Shown here: positions 55,208 through 64,000 of the stretch, one piece after another
Position numbering within the stretch: the stretch's first letter is position 1
Layout of the letters: every line of letters begins with the position of its first letter
Assembly: GCA_041650895.1 (NCBI GenBank)
Contig: JBAZKF010000001.1
Location: forward strand, 509,006-573,005
From: Patescibacteria group bacterium
Lineage (GTDB): Bacteria > Patescibacteriota > Patescibacteriia > 2-01-FULL-39-33
Direction: 5' to 3'
Length of the DNA: 64,000 bases
The notes under the pieces: generated by a model
What the model saw: the letters and a program-made list of their open reading frames with translations, nothing else
Databases searched by the model: none
What the model was told of the DNA's origin: nothing
Program-made: the position numbers and the translations under genes

Positions 55208-56710
55208 CTATATCACCTCCACCTTAATTAAATTGCTCTGCCCCTTGTAACCGAAAGGATGGCCAGCCACCACTACTACTGTATCTCCGCGTTTAGCCAA
55301 ACGTTTAGTGAGCAGCAACCTTTTAATATCGGCCAAGAGCTTATTAAAAGAATCAGTAAAGTGCGCTATCTGCGCATCTACGCCCCAACTCAGGGCTAAT
55401 TGCCGTTGCGTCAATGCCGACGGCGTAACCGCTATAATCTGCACAGCCGGCCGAAAACGGCAGATATTACGCGCCGTAAAGCCGGAAGTAGTGGCGCAAA
55501 CAATCAACCTGGCTGATGCGCTGTCCTCAGCCAAATCCTGAGCCATAAAAGAAATCACCTGGGTGATGGATTGATTATTCTTAAAATTGTTCTCCCGCGC
55601 TTCTTCGCGGACAATCTCTTCCTGCTCCATGTGATTGGCGATGCGCGTCATGTATTGCACAGCCTTAAGCGGATATTTGCCGGTAGCGCTTTCGCCTGAA
55701 AGCATGATGGCGTCGGTACCATCCAAAACGGCATTAGCTACATCGGACACTTCTGCGCGAGTGGGAATGGGATTCTTAATCATTGACTCCAACATTTGAG
55801 TGGCCACAATCACCGGCTTGCCGGCTTGCCGGCATTTTTCAATCATGGATTTTTGCAACATGGGCAAATCTTCGATCGGCGTTTCAATACCCAAATCGCC
55901 ACGCGCCACCATAATACCATCAGCCGCTTCCAAAATCCGATCAAAGTTGTTAATAGCTTCGCGCCGTTCAATCTTGGCGATAATCCTGATATGCTCACCG
56001 GAAATCTTACCCCTCATTTCCGGTTTGTCCATTCTCTTGGCGTTGCCGATGTTCAACTTCAAATATTTATTCTCCAGAGCAAAAACCTTCTTACGTAGGT
56101 TAAAAATATCTTTCTCATCCTTAACGAAAGACAAAGCGATCCAATCCACCCCGCTTTTGACACCAAACTCCACATCAGCCACGTCCTTTTTGGTTACAGC
56201 CGGACAATTAATGGATGATTTGGGAAAATTCATGCCCTTATGCGTCTTGATAATGCCATTATTTAGAGCCAGACAGCGAATGGCTCGCTGATCAACTTCC
56301 TTAACCCTCAATTCAATCGTCGCATCATCAATCAAGACCGAATCGCCCTTTTTTAAGTCGCGATATAATCCAGGATATTGTATGGGAATAAGCAAATGAG
56401 CGGTTTTTTTGTCAATTGAGGAATATCTCTCCGGCACCAGATACAATTCCTGCCCCGCTTTTATTTCCACGCCACCGCCCACTTCGCCGATTCTGATGCG
56501 CGGTCCTTGCAAATCCTGCAAGATGGCAATATTAGTATTGATTGCTTTGGCCGCGGAACGCAAATTACGAATCAATTTGGCATGATGGCTATGAGTATTA
56601 TGGGAAAAATTAAGCCGGGCCACATTCAGGCCGGACTTAATCATTTTTTTCATCATTATTTTGGTTTCCGAAGCTGGTCCGATAGTCGCAACAATCTTGG
56701 TTCGTTTCAT
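55208..56710 (-). CDS. pyk: pyruvate kinase
   Basis: MKRTKIVATIGPAS N-terminus with the full PK barrel and C-terminal domain. The ATG at 56708-56710 is preferred over the longer ORF. Confidence 0.9.
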   Translation of the reverse strand: MKRTKIVATIGPASETKIMMKKMIKSGLNVARLNFSHNTHSHHAKLIRNLRSAAKAINTNIAILQDLQGPRIRIGEVGGGVEIKAGQELYLVPERYSSIDKKTAHLLIPIQYPGLYRDLKKGDSVLIDDATIELRVKEVDQRAIRCLALNNGIIKTHKGMNFPKSSINCPAVTKKDVADVEFGVKSGVDWIALSFVKDEKDIFNLRKKVFALENKYLKLNIGNAKRMDKPEMRGKISGEHIRIIAKIERREAINNFDRILEAADGIMVARGDLGIETPIEDLPMLQKSMIEKCRQAGKPVIVATQMLESMIKNPIPTRAEVSDVANAVLDGTDAIMLSGESATGKYPLKAVQYMTRIANHMEQEEIVREEARENNFKNNQSITQVISFMAQDLAEDSASARLIVCATTSGFTARNICRFRPAVQIIAVTPSALTQRQLALSWGVDAQIAHFTDSFNKLLADIKRLLLTKRLAKRGDTVVVVAGHPFGYKGQSNLIKVEVI

Positions 56711-57024
56711 AAGTTTAATGTTTTCTCCAGCCAAGCACCAAACTGTTTGGCCGGTCCGGCTAATAACGGCAATTGCCATTTCTCACCTTCGTAAGCTTTG
56801 ATTATGGCAATAATCGCCACAATAGCAATGATTAAATTAATCAGCCAGCCCAAAACAGGAATAAAACCGACAAAAGAAATTACAAACAACAACACGCCCT
56901 GATTGGCATGGAAACGCACATAACTGTCGTTTTTTTTGACGGCTAAGGCCACCAAACTCAAAACCCAAAGGTAAGAAATAGCTCCCCAAATTTTTTGATC
57001 TGATGTTAATGTTTTATCCGACAT
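56707..57024 (-). CDS. DUF4870-like small membrane protein
   Basis: YLWVLSLVALAVKKNDSYVRFHANQG (an FHANQ motif) with 3 TM helices. Its stop overlaps the pyk start as ATGA. Confidence 0.5.
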   Translation of the reverse strand: MSDKTLTSDQKIWGAISYLWVLSLVALAVKKNDSYVRFHANQGVLLFVISFVGFIPVLGWLINLIIAIVAIIAIIKAYEGEKWQLPLLAGPAKQFGAWLEKTLNL

Positions 57025-57053
57025 AGATTTATTTTTAAATTAATAATTTATTT

Positions 57054-57485
57054 TTAAATTTTTAATCTTTTTGGTAAATTGTCCCATAATAATACCATCA
57101 GATAAACCAGCAAGCAACCGGCCAAAGCGGTCAAAACGCTTTCTGTCGCCAAATTAAAAACCTTCCAAATTCTAAAGCCGCCCGAAAAACGGGAAACAGC
57201 AATAATTAGCCCAATCACTAATCCGGCAATCGCTCCGGAAAGAGCGCCGATAGCGTTAATCTGGCCATAAGATTTGACTACTTGCCGACCGATCCAAATA
57301 AAAGCCGCTAAACGCACCAACCACATCAATAAATCAATCATACCGACAGACAGGTCCGGCCAAAGCCAAATCAATAACCAGCGCAAAAAAATTTCCGCCG
57401 CTCCGGCGATGATTACCGGGATCAATACGAACTGGAAATAAAAGACAAAATTAATCGACTCCCATTCTTTCTTTGCTTTGTTCAT
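57054..57485 (-). CDS. membrane protein, hypothetical
   Basis: 143 aa with 4 TM helices. Confidence 0.45.
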   Translation of the reverse strand: MNKAKKEWESINFVFYFQFVLIPVIIAGAAEIFLRWLLIWLWPDLSVGMIDLLMWLVRLAAFIWIGRQVVKSYGQINAIGALSGAIAGLVIGLIIAVSRFSGGFRIWKVFNLATESVLTALAGCLLVYLMVLLWDNLPKRLKI

Positions 57486-57578
57486 ACAGGATTAATTATA
57501 ACAAAATTTACCCAAAAGAAAAAATTATCCTGAATTTCTAAAAATTTGAATAAATAACAATAACAGCCAAAGAGGCGA

Positions 57579-57607
57579 TTGACACAGACATCTGTATGTG
57601 CTATATT
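57579..57607 (+). promoter_or_regulatory. sigma70 promoter TTGACA-17-TATATT
   Basis: ttgaca cagacatctgtatgtgc tatatt, upstream of the 57693 start. Confidence 0.5.
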
Positions 57608-57692
57608 AATACGATAGCTAAAAACTACCGGGAAAAGGCTATTTGAACATTCCAAACAAACTGGCAAAATCAACCGTCAAAGGAGGAATTAG

Positions 57693-58439
57693 ATGAAGTT
57701 AGCGCCCTGGCATTTGGATAGCCTGATTGAGCTTCTGCAAGGATTGAACCATAGTATGCAATATTTCCTGTTCTCTTACTTCTTTACTATGACCGGGGCG
57801 GCTCTGGTCGCTATATTGATTTGCCTGGGCGTCTGGCAGATGTATAAACATCAAAAGCGCTGGCGTCGGGGTTTGGGTTTGGCTGTAATCTTCGTGGGAT
57901 TGGGCATTGCTGCTTCCAGCTATGTTGCTGCTAAAAACATCACCCAAGAACGACTCCGAGCGCTTGATTCGGCTAATTACGAAGTCAAAAAAACAGCGGT
58001 TAAAATGTTTATTATTGACAGATTGCCCTTGCCGATAGATCAGGCCTGGTGGTTATTCCATAATGCAGAATTTGAATTCGCTCTGCAATGCAAACAAACC
58101 TCCAAATCATTATGGGTGGCGGGCGATGACATCTTCAATATTCTGATTCGGGAGCGACTGGAAGAATTATGTTCCCGCATCGCTAAAGACCTAAAAGTTG
58201 ACCCTGAATGGTTGATTGATCAACTGACTGACACCAAACACCAAGTGCTTCTGCCATCTGGCAGTCAGATCAGAATAATTGAAGTTAAATACGTCAATCA
58301 AGATGATGAGATATTCCCGCTAGAGCATCACTTACCAGAGCACTACCCGCCATTGGTCAATTTTGATACCCCCAAGTTGCTAACCCCCGACCCGGCAGTA
58401 CAAAGCATTATCCCGTTTTCGATGATTGCGCCCGAATAA
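57693..58439 (+). CDS. hypothetical protein with N-terminal TM helix
   Basis: SD AAAGGAGG precedes the ATG. 248 aa. Confidence 0.5.
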   Translation: MKLAPWHLDSLIELLQGLNHSMQYFLFSYFFTMTGAALVAILICLGVWQMYKHQKRWRRGLGLAVIFVGLGIAASSYVAAKNITQERLRALDSANYEVKKTAVKMFIIDRLPLPIDQAWWLFHNAEFEFALQCKQTSKSLWVAGDDIFNILIRERLEELCSRIAKDLKVDPEWLIDQLTDTKHQVLLPSGSQIRIIEVKYVNQDDEIFPLEHHLPEHYPPLVNFDTPKLLTPDPAVQSIIPFSMIAPE

Positions 58440-58527
58440 CCGAACCTTAATCCGCTTGAAACACTCAAGTGGATTTTATTTTTAGATTATGGCGAGGCGC
58501 CTCGGGAAATGGCTTTAACAATATTTT

Positions 58528-58557
58528 TTGTCAATAATTAGAAAAATATTGTATAAT
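58528..58557 (+). promoter_or_regulatory. sigma70 promoter with extended -10 (TTGTCA-18-TGTATAAT)
   Basis: ttgtca ataattagaaaaatatt g tataat. Confidence 0.45.
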
Positions 58558-58628
58558 ACTAGTATAGTGATTACCGGGTTATTGCGATTTTTAATTATAA
58601 AACCGGTAATTTGTAATCTTTTACACGT

Positions 58629-59177
58629 ATGGCTAACCTACAAAACGGCAATGAACTAATAAAAGTCGACGTCTTTAAGAAAATCGGCATAGAAGAGAAT
58701 ATGCATATCGGCGATTTAGGTTGCGGCAATCTGGCCTTTTATGCTTTAAGTTCAGCTAAGTTGGTAGGTAAAAACGGCCAAGTTTATGCGGTTGATATCC
58801 TCAAGTCCGCCTTAAACGCCGTGGACACCAGAATTAAACAAGAAGGATTAAAAAACATTAAAACCGTTTGGTCTAATCTGGAGCTGATCGGGGCAACCAA
58901 TATTCCAACAGGCAGTCTAGATATCGCCTTCATCCATAATGTTTTATTCCAGGCTGGTAAACATGACAGTTTTCTCAAAGAAACCGCCCGCCTACTCAAA
59001 GCGGGAGGCAAACTGATGGTTATTGACTGGAAAAAAATCGCCTCGCCCTTCGGCCCGCCGGTCAAGGATCGCCCCGAACCGGAATTAATCAAGAATATGG
59101 CCGCCAAAGCGGGTTTAAAACTGCTTGAAGAATTTGAAGCCGGCCCCTACCATTTCGGACTGATCTTCACCCGCTAA
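58629..59177 (+). CDS. class I SAM-dependent methyltransferase
   Basis: Motif I IGDLGCGNLAF, a post-I acidic residue (YAVDI), and motif II KAGGKLMVIDW. Confidence 0.7.
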   Translation: MANLQNGNELIKVDVFKKIGIEENMHIGDLGCGNLAFYALSSAKLVGKNGQVYAVDILKSALNAVDTRIKQEGLKNIKTVWSNLELIGATNIPTGSLDIAFIHNVLFQAGKHDSFLKETARLLKAGGKLMVIDWKKIASPFGPPVKDRPEPELIKNMAAKAGLKLLEEFEAGPYHFGLIFTR

Positions 59178-59322
59178 TCGACCTTTACATTTTTTTCGAT
59201 TATCGCTAAGATACTACCAAACTATTAATAAATCCCTCTCTGCTGGCTGGCAAATCACCCTACTGACCAGTCTATCCAAAAACTAAGTCAAAGCGAAGAA
59301 GGAAGATTGAATTCAAACTATT

Positions 59323-59733
59323 ATGTTTAACATCATTAAATTTTTCACCCCCAGCTATTTTTTAGAATTGCGCCCCTACACTTACCCCTCAACTATCAAA
59401 ATCATGATCGTTATTGGTGTAATTCTACTTATTGTCGCTGTGGTATTTAAGGTTTATGCTATCAAAAAAAAGATGCCAGGCTACCAACTCAGACTGTTTA
59501 ATCAGATCGCCGTTTGGTTTGCCACTTTCGGCGGTTTGGAGTTATTCTGGACTTGGTTGAAATACGAACGGGTATCTTACCTCTCTGCTCGCTTCTGGAG
59601 TGTTATCTTGCTTTTTATAGCTCTCTGGTGGGCTTACCGGATTTTCCTCTACTGGCAAAAGGTTGTACCGCAAGCGCAAAAGCAAGCTCAAACACATCAG
59701 CAATATTTGAAATATTTGCCCAAGAAAAAATAA
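59323..59733 (+). CDS. membrane protein, hypothetical
   Basis: 136 aa with 3-4 TM helices. Confidence 0.45.
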   Translation: MFNIIKFFTPSYFLELRPYTYPSTIKIMIVIGVILLIVAVVFKVYAIKKKMPGYQLRLFNQIAVWFATFGGLELFWTWLKYERVSYLSARFWSVILLFIALWWAYRIFLYWQKVVPQAQKQAQTHQQYLKYLPKKK

Positions 59734-59788
59734 TCCTATTAAACCTGATCCGGCCAAATCAAATTAATGAATTTTAACGGGATAAACT

Positions 59789-60154
59789 ATGTCTGATTAC
59801 CGAGTGCGTCTGGGCAAATACGGCGAGAACCTGGCGGCGCAATTTCTAATCCAGCGCGGTTACCAAGTAATTGAAAAAAATTATTATACCCAATTTGGAG
59901 AAATAGATCTCATCGTCCAGCTCGACGATGAGATTTTATTTGTGGAGGTAAAAACCCGTACAACCGACAGAACCGGCTGGCCCGAAACAGCGGTTGATTA
60001 CCATAAATTACGCCATCTGCAAAAAGCCGCCAGAATATTTCTTAATAACCGTAACTGGAACTGCTTTTGGCATCTAGACATAATCAGCGTGGAACTCAAC
60101 CGAAGCGCCGGCATAGCCAAAATAAAATGGTTCAATAATATTTCTCTCTCTTGA
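59789..60154 (+). CDS. yraN: YraN-family (UPF0102) endonuclease-like protein
   Basis: GENLAAQFLIQRGYQVIEKNYYTQFGEIDLIV...LFVEVKTR is the characteristic UPF0102/PD-(D/E)xK-like motif. Confidence 0.8.
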   Translation: MSDYRVRLGKYGENLAAQFLIQRGYQVIEKNYYTQFGEIDLIVQLDDEILFVEVKTRTTDRTGWPETAVDYHKLRHLQKAARIFLNNRNWNCFWHLDIISVELNRSAGIAKIKWFNNISLS

Positions 60155-60253
60155 CAATTATCTATATTTGCTTTATAATAACCAAAAATACAGCACTTTA
60201 AATTAAGGCAAAATCACCGTGCTAAAAGCGCAATAAAAAAGGAGGGTAAAATA

Positions 60254-61000
60254 ATGTTGTGGTGGAAAAAAGATGGTGATAAAAAAAAGGATATCAAAGC
60301 TAACCCCAGCACATCAATCCATCCGGCTGACCGGCAAAGAAATCGTCCGCCAAAACCAATTGAAGCAGAAAAAGAAAAAAAACCACCTAAACCAGCCAAA
60401 CCAGCAGTCGAGCCAGTCAAGTCAAAAACAATAGAAGAAATAGTCAAGGAAAAACTGACGGCTAAGGATTTGGAAAAATTCTCTCAACTGGGTGTACCCT
60501 TCTTTGAACTTGTACTCTTTTACAGAACGATGAATCAGGTGCCAAAACCGGAAAATCTGGAAACCGACGCTAGGGTACTGACTGAATCCTGCCACGATCA
60601 GGGCTATGAATTTGAAGATATCACGCCACGAGAGCTCCTGGGAATATTTGTAGACTGGTTTAGACATAATCGAACTCAAGCGCAAATCGGTAAGCCGTTA
60701 GCTTCATTGCCCTTTATCGTAGCTATGCGCCATGCTGACAGAGCCGTGAGGCGAGAATTGGGCCTACCGCCTGATATCTTCCCTAAAAATCAACCGGATT
60801 TCGGTCGTCGTTTGCAGGAAAAGCTGAATATCATAGAAGTAATGGCTAAATACAACAAAGCCAAAGAACTGGGACTAACCTTGGAACAATTACTGACTCG
60901 AGAAGCCGCACGGCCGGATGCTGACAAGGATGGTTTGAAAAAAATCTACGCTTTAGCCCAAGAACTGGCTAAGACGGGATTGCTAAAATCCGATAAGTAA
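60254..61000 (+). CDS. hypothetical protein with basic/Pro-rich N-terminal region
   Basis: Strong SD AAAAAAGGAGGG. KKPPKPAKPAVEP low-complexity region followed by a globular domain. Confidence 0.5.
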   Translation: MLWWKKDGDKKKDIKANPSTSIHPADRQRNRPPKPIEAEKEKKPPKPAKPAVEPVKSKTIEEIVKEKLTAKDLEKFSQLGVPFFELVLFYRTMNQVPKPENLETDARVLTESCHDQGYEFEDITPRELLGIFVDWFRHNRTQAQIGKPLASLPFIVAMRHADRAVRRELGLPPDIFPKNQPDFGRRLQEKLNIIEVMAKYNKAKELGLTLEQLLTREAARPDADKDGLKKIYALAQELAKTGLLKSDK

Positions 61001-61024
61001 CAGTAAAATGTCAGAACATTTAAT

Positions 61025-61058
61025 CGCCGCAGAAATACTACTGCGGCGTTTTATTTTA
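61025..61058 (+). terminator. rho-independent terminator
   Basis: cgccgcag-aaatacta-ctgcggcg stem followed by ttttatttta. Confidence 0.65.
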
Positions 61059-61066
61059 TCCGGCTC

Positions 61067-61095
61067 TTGACAAATAAAACCGGCCATGCTATACT
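61067..61095 (+). promoter_or_regulatory. sigma70 promoter TTGACA-17-TATACT (nusA)
   Basis: ttgaca aataaaaccggccatgc tatact. Confidence 0.55.
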
Positions 61096-61111
61096 ACTTA
61101 CAGATGATTGA

Positions 61112-61140
61112 TGACAGCCCTAGCCGGCTGTCATTTTTTA
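61112..61140 (+). promoter_or_regulatory. leader terminator-like hairpin in nusA 5'UTR (possible attenuator)
   Basis: tgacagcc-ctagcc-ggctgtca stem followed by a T7 run, 15-20 nt after the predicted TSS and ~60 nt before the nusA ATG. Confidence 0.4.
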
Positions 61141-61197
61141 CAAGCTGAGCAGTTTAGTTTCATAACCTGCCGGCTACTATAGCTAATAAAATAACTT

Positions 61198-62811
61198 ATG
61201 TCACAATCACCAATTCAGGCAGCCATACAACAAATCTGCCAAGAAAAAAACTTGGACGAAGCGGTCGTGCTTCGCGCCATTGAAGCGGCTCTTGCCGCCG
61301 CCTATCGTAAGGATTTCGGCAACAAATTGCAGAATATTATCACCGAATTCGATCCCAAAACGGGCGAAGTCAAGGCTTTTGACGTTAAAACCGTAGTAGA
61401 AGACGAACCGGAAGAAGGTGCGGAAGGAGAGATAACTGAAACAGAAGATACAGATACTAAAGAAGCTAAAGCGGAGAAAAAGAAAAAAACCAAAGAAGAA
61501 GCCGGAGCGTCGTTTGCCGCCGCTTTTGCCGCCGCCTTAAAAGAAAAACAAGAACGCGAAGAACAAGAAACCGCTATTCCAGAGAAAGAGCAAAAAGAAA
61601 AAGCGGTGATGAAATCATTTTTGGCTGAAGAAGTGGAGTTAACCGATGAAGAAAAGGAAAAAAAGTTCAACCCCAAAACAGAAATTCAACTTAAAGATGC
61701 CTTACTAGAAAAACCTGACGCCAAACTCGGCGAAGAAATTGTCACGCCCCTGGAAGTACCCGGGGAATTCGGCCGTATGGCTGCCCAGACAGCTAAGCAG
61801 GTCATTATCCAAAAATTACGCGAGGAAGAACGCCTAAAAGTCTTTGAAGAGTTTAAGAACTTGGAACATACTATTATTACCGGCACCATTCAGCGCCGCG
61901 AAGGCCAGAATGTTTTTGTGGATTTAGGTCATACTGCCGCCATTATGCCGCCGGAAGAACAGGTTGAACGCGAACGCTATAATATCGGCAATCGCCTGAA
62001 ATTTTATTTAAAGACAGTTGACCAAGGATTAAGAGGATCAATGATGATTGTCTCCCGCGCCGACGTGGCTGTAGTCAAAGGAATTTTTGAAGAGGAAATA
62101 CCGGAAATCGCTACCGGCGCAGTAGAAATAAAATCCCTAGCCCGCGAAGCCGGCAGTCGCACTAAGGTGGCTATTGCTTCCACTGAAGAGAATATTGACC
62201 CGATTGGCGCTTGCGTCGGACAACGCGGATCCAGAATTCAGACGATTATTAGCGAACTGTCCGGTGAGAAAGTTGATATTATCCTGTACGACGCTGATCC
62301 GGCTAAATTTATCACCAACTCCTTATCACCGGCTAAAGTCAATGATGTTACCGTAGATGAAGCCAGTCGCGTAGCCAAAGTCAAAGTCAGAGAAGACCAA
62401 TTATCTCTGGCCATAGGCCGTGGCGGCCAGAACGTCCGCTTAGCTTCAAAATTAACCGGCTGGAAGATAGATATCATCTCTGACGGCGGAGAAAAATATG
62501 ACCCGGAAAAAGCAGTTGAAACAGTTGATGGCGTAGCAACCAATGAGGCAACAGTAGAAACTCCGAAAGAAGAGACTGTTGCTGTGACAGAAGAAAAAAC
62601 TGCAAAAGAAGAAGCTCCGACTGAAAAGAAAAAGAAAACCAGAAAAAAGAAAGATACTGAAGACGATAAAAGAGAAGATACGGCGGAGATAAAACCGGAG
62701 GAGACGCCGTTATTAGAGGAAGCGCCTGTAACTGAGGAACTGACTGAAGTCCAACCAAATGAAGAAATTAGCGAAGAAGCAAGCACGACTGAAGAAAATA
62801 CAGCAGAATAA
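61198..62811 (+). CDS. nusA: transcription termination/antitermination factor NusA with E/K-rich insertion and C-terminal acidic extension
   Basis: N-terminal domain, S1 (IITGTIQRREGQNVFVDLG), KH1 and KH2 (GACVGQRGSRIQ, AIGRGGQNVRLASKLTGWKIDI). A ~130-aa low-complexity insert lies after the N-terminal domain. Confidence 0.85.
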   Translation: MSQSPIQAAIQQICQEKNLDEAVVLRAIEAALAAAYRKDFGNKLQNIITEFDPKTGEVKAFDVKTVVEDEPEEGAEGEITETEDTDTKEAKAEKKKKTKEEAGASFAAAFAAALKEKQEREEQETAIPEKEQKEKAVMKSFLAEEVELTDEEKEKKFNPKTEIQLKDALLEKPDAKLGEEIVTPLEVPGEFGRMAAQTAKQVIIQKLREEERLKVFEEFKNLEHTIITGTIQRREGQNVFVDLGHTAAIMPPEEQVERERYNIGNRLKFYLKTVDQGLRGSMMIVSRADVAVVKGIFEEEIPEIATGAVEIKSLAREAGSRTKVAIASTEENIDPIGACVGQRGSRIQTIISELSGEKVDIILYDADPAKFITNSLSPAKVNDVTVDEASRVAKVKVREDQLSLAIGRGGQNVRLASKLTGWKIDIISDGGEKYDPEKAVETVDGVATNEATVETPKEETVAVTEEKTAKEEAPTEKKKKTRKKKDTEDDKREDTAEIKPEETPLLEEAPVTEELTEVQPNEEISEEASTTEENTAE

Positions 62812-62946
62812 ATATAAAACCGACCCAGATATACAACTTGGTCGGTTTTATATTTAATGGCTTATTGACAAAACTAATTACTTTTGTTAGACTTAATTAT
62901 TCAGTTGATTACGATAGAACCTTAACAAACTAGGAGGGGAAATAAA

Positions 62947-63747
62947 ATGCCAGTCCCTTATATTAGCATTACCGATTTTACCGACTGTCGGCAAACCAAG
63001 GCCATGCTAACAGCAATGAGTCAGGTTTACGCAGAAAAACCACTGTCGCATCGCTTGGGCATAGGGGTTATGATGAGTCATAAAACCCTACGCGATCTGC
63101 CGACTCGCTATGGCAAAGTCTTTCCGACCAAGGATAAGATTACCGACATTTTTATGTCTCATCCCTTAGCTCTCAACACCTTGCACTTCGCCGATTACGA
63201 ATCTCACTCTTGGCATAAGACAGCCATGGATTTTGAGGAAACCGTATTTTGGGGCGAACCGCATATGCAAGCTTTGCAACTTGACATGATTTGGCCTGAC
63301 CATGAAGTGGTTAGAGATTTTAAAAGAATTTATCCTCACATAAGCGTTATCTTGCAAATTAACACCCGCGCTTTTGAGGAAGTAGAGGAACAGCCCGAAA
63401 AATTACTGAAAAAATTAAAATTATACGGCTCAGCTCTTGACTACGTCTTATTAGACAAAAGTATGGGCCAAGGAAAACCGCTCTCTCTACCATTCCTGCA
63501 ACCATTTTTAGATAAGTTATCCGAGCAACGCCCGGATCTGGGGTTAGTGGTGGCCGGCGGTTTGGGACCGGAAACAATAGAGACAATCATCCCCTTGATA
63601 AAAAAATATCCTCAATTAAGCATTGACGCTCAGGGACGATTACGCCCCTCTGGCAGTATAATGGACCCGATTGATTGGCAAATGGCCCAAAAATATCTGG
63701 AAAGAGCCATACGTCTATTTCAACTGTTTCAACTAACAAGCACTTAA
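62947..63747 (+). CDS. TIM-barrel protein, phosphoribosylanthranilate isomerase (TrpF)-like
   Basis: C-terminal VVAGGLGPETIETI...SIDAQGRLRP resembles the TrpF LAGGLNPENV...GVDVSSGVE pattern. 266 aa. Confidence 0.35.
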   Translation: MPVPYISITDFTDCRQTKAMLTAMSQVYAEKPLSHRLGIGVMMSHKTLRDLPTRYGKVFPTKDKITDIFMSHPLALNTLHFADYESHSWHKTAMDFEETVFWGEPHMQALQLDMIWPDHEVVRDFKRIYPHISVILQINTRAFEEVEEQPEKLLKKLKLYGSALDYVLLDKSMGQGKPLSLPFLQPFLDKLSEQRPDLGLVVAGGLGPETIETIIPLIKKYPQLSIDAQGRLRPSGSIMDPIDWQMAQKYLERAIRLFQLFQLTST

Positions 63748-63753
63748 GCAACC

Positions 63754-63790
63754 AGGCCTGTCGAAAAACTTCGACAGGCCTTTAAAATTT
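63754..63790. terminator. bidirectional terminator
   Basis: aggcctgtcgaa-aaac-ttcgacaggcct 12-bp stem followed by ttaaaattt. Confidence 0.65.
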
Positions 63791-63791
63791 A

Positions 63792-64000
63792 TTATTTATA
63801 TTTCAATTTATACCCCAGCCAACCGATTACAGTCGCTAAAAAAACTATCGCGGCAATAGCATAACTCAAAGGTGAACCGACAAACGACGACTGACCTCCG
63901 ACTTCATAAGCGCTCTCAACTTGGCCACTAACCACGGTAATGTCTTTAACGGTGCGTGGCAATAGTCGAACGCCGGAAGCCGTCAAAGAGGCAATGCCGA
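63792..64000 (-). CDS. 3' end of a CDS continuing beyond the window (C-terminal TM segment)
   Basis: The minus-strand ORF stays open to the window edge. The C-terminus has a hydrophobic helix IAAIVFLATVIGWLGY. Confidence 0.3.
   Translation of the reverse strand, partial: GIASLTASGVRLLPRTVKDITVVSGQVESAYEVGGQSSFVGSPLSYAIAAIVFLATVIGWLGYKLKYK

Noticed and set aside
62238-62786. 182-aa minus-strand Ser-rich ORF overlapping the nusA 3' region
   Set aside because: It is antisense to the KH domains and acidic tail of NusA, and is a low-complexity reverse-frame artefact.

Overview
This 64 kb window looks like a chromosomal segment of a small-genome, Patescibacteria/CPR-like bacterium. The main reasons are tight gene packing with frequent 1-8 nt overlaps, many small membrane proteins and giant surface proteins. 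No rRNA, CRISPR array, transposase or integrase is visible.

Housekeeping core:
- holA, rlmN, rpsT, tRNA-Leu(UAG), tyrS-trxB-trxA, lspA, a DksA/TraR-like gene, rsmE, glyA, queA, ruvB, tig, ppsA, pyk, yraN, nusA.
- A full heat-shock neighbourhood: a consensus CIRCE operator in front of hrcA-grpE-hsp20, then dnaK, an Fe-S protein, a DUF3467 protein and dnaJ.

Accessory or unusual content:
1. A roughly 11.5 kb minus-strand surface-protein locus (10901-22397). It holds a 2301-aa giant protein with LVIVD beta-propeller-like repeats and a phage tail-fibre-type intramolecular-chaperone (Peptidase_S74-like) motif. Next to it are a 910-aa FN3/CarboxypepD_reg-like membrane protein, two secreted or anchored proteins resembling Csc/WxL-cluster components, and lspA.
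2. A secreted protein (4235-5326) with three tandem thrombospondin-type-1-like cysteine repeats.
3. An extended NAD salvage operon (25473-33360): nadD/NMNAT with a Cys4 insertion, a Nudix hydrolase, a long eukaryote-like pncB, a truncated His-phosphatase-like ORF, a nucleoside 2-deoxyribosyltransferase-like two-domain protein, prs and nadE.
4. A perfect 91-bp tandem duplication (38729-38910). Each copy carries a terminator hairpin plus a near-consensus promoter, and sits ahead of a DnaJ-zinc-finger-like mini-protein.
5. A densely hairpinned ~200-bp convergent intergenic element (54950-55140) that is a candidate ncRNA or MITE.

Several near-perfect TTGACA-17-TATAAT promoters and many clean rho-independent terminators are visible. 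Everything is called from the sequence and motifs alone, with no database searches.
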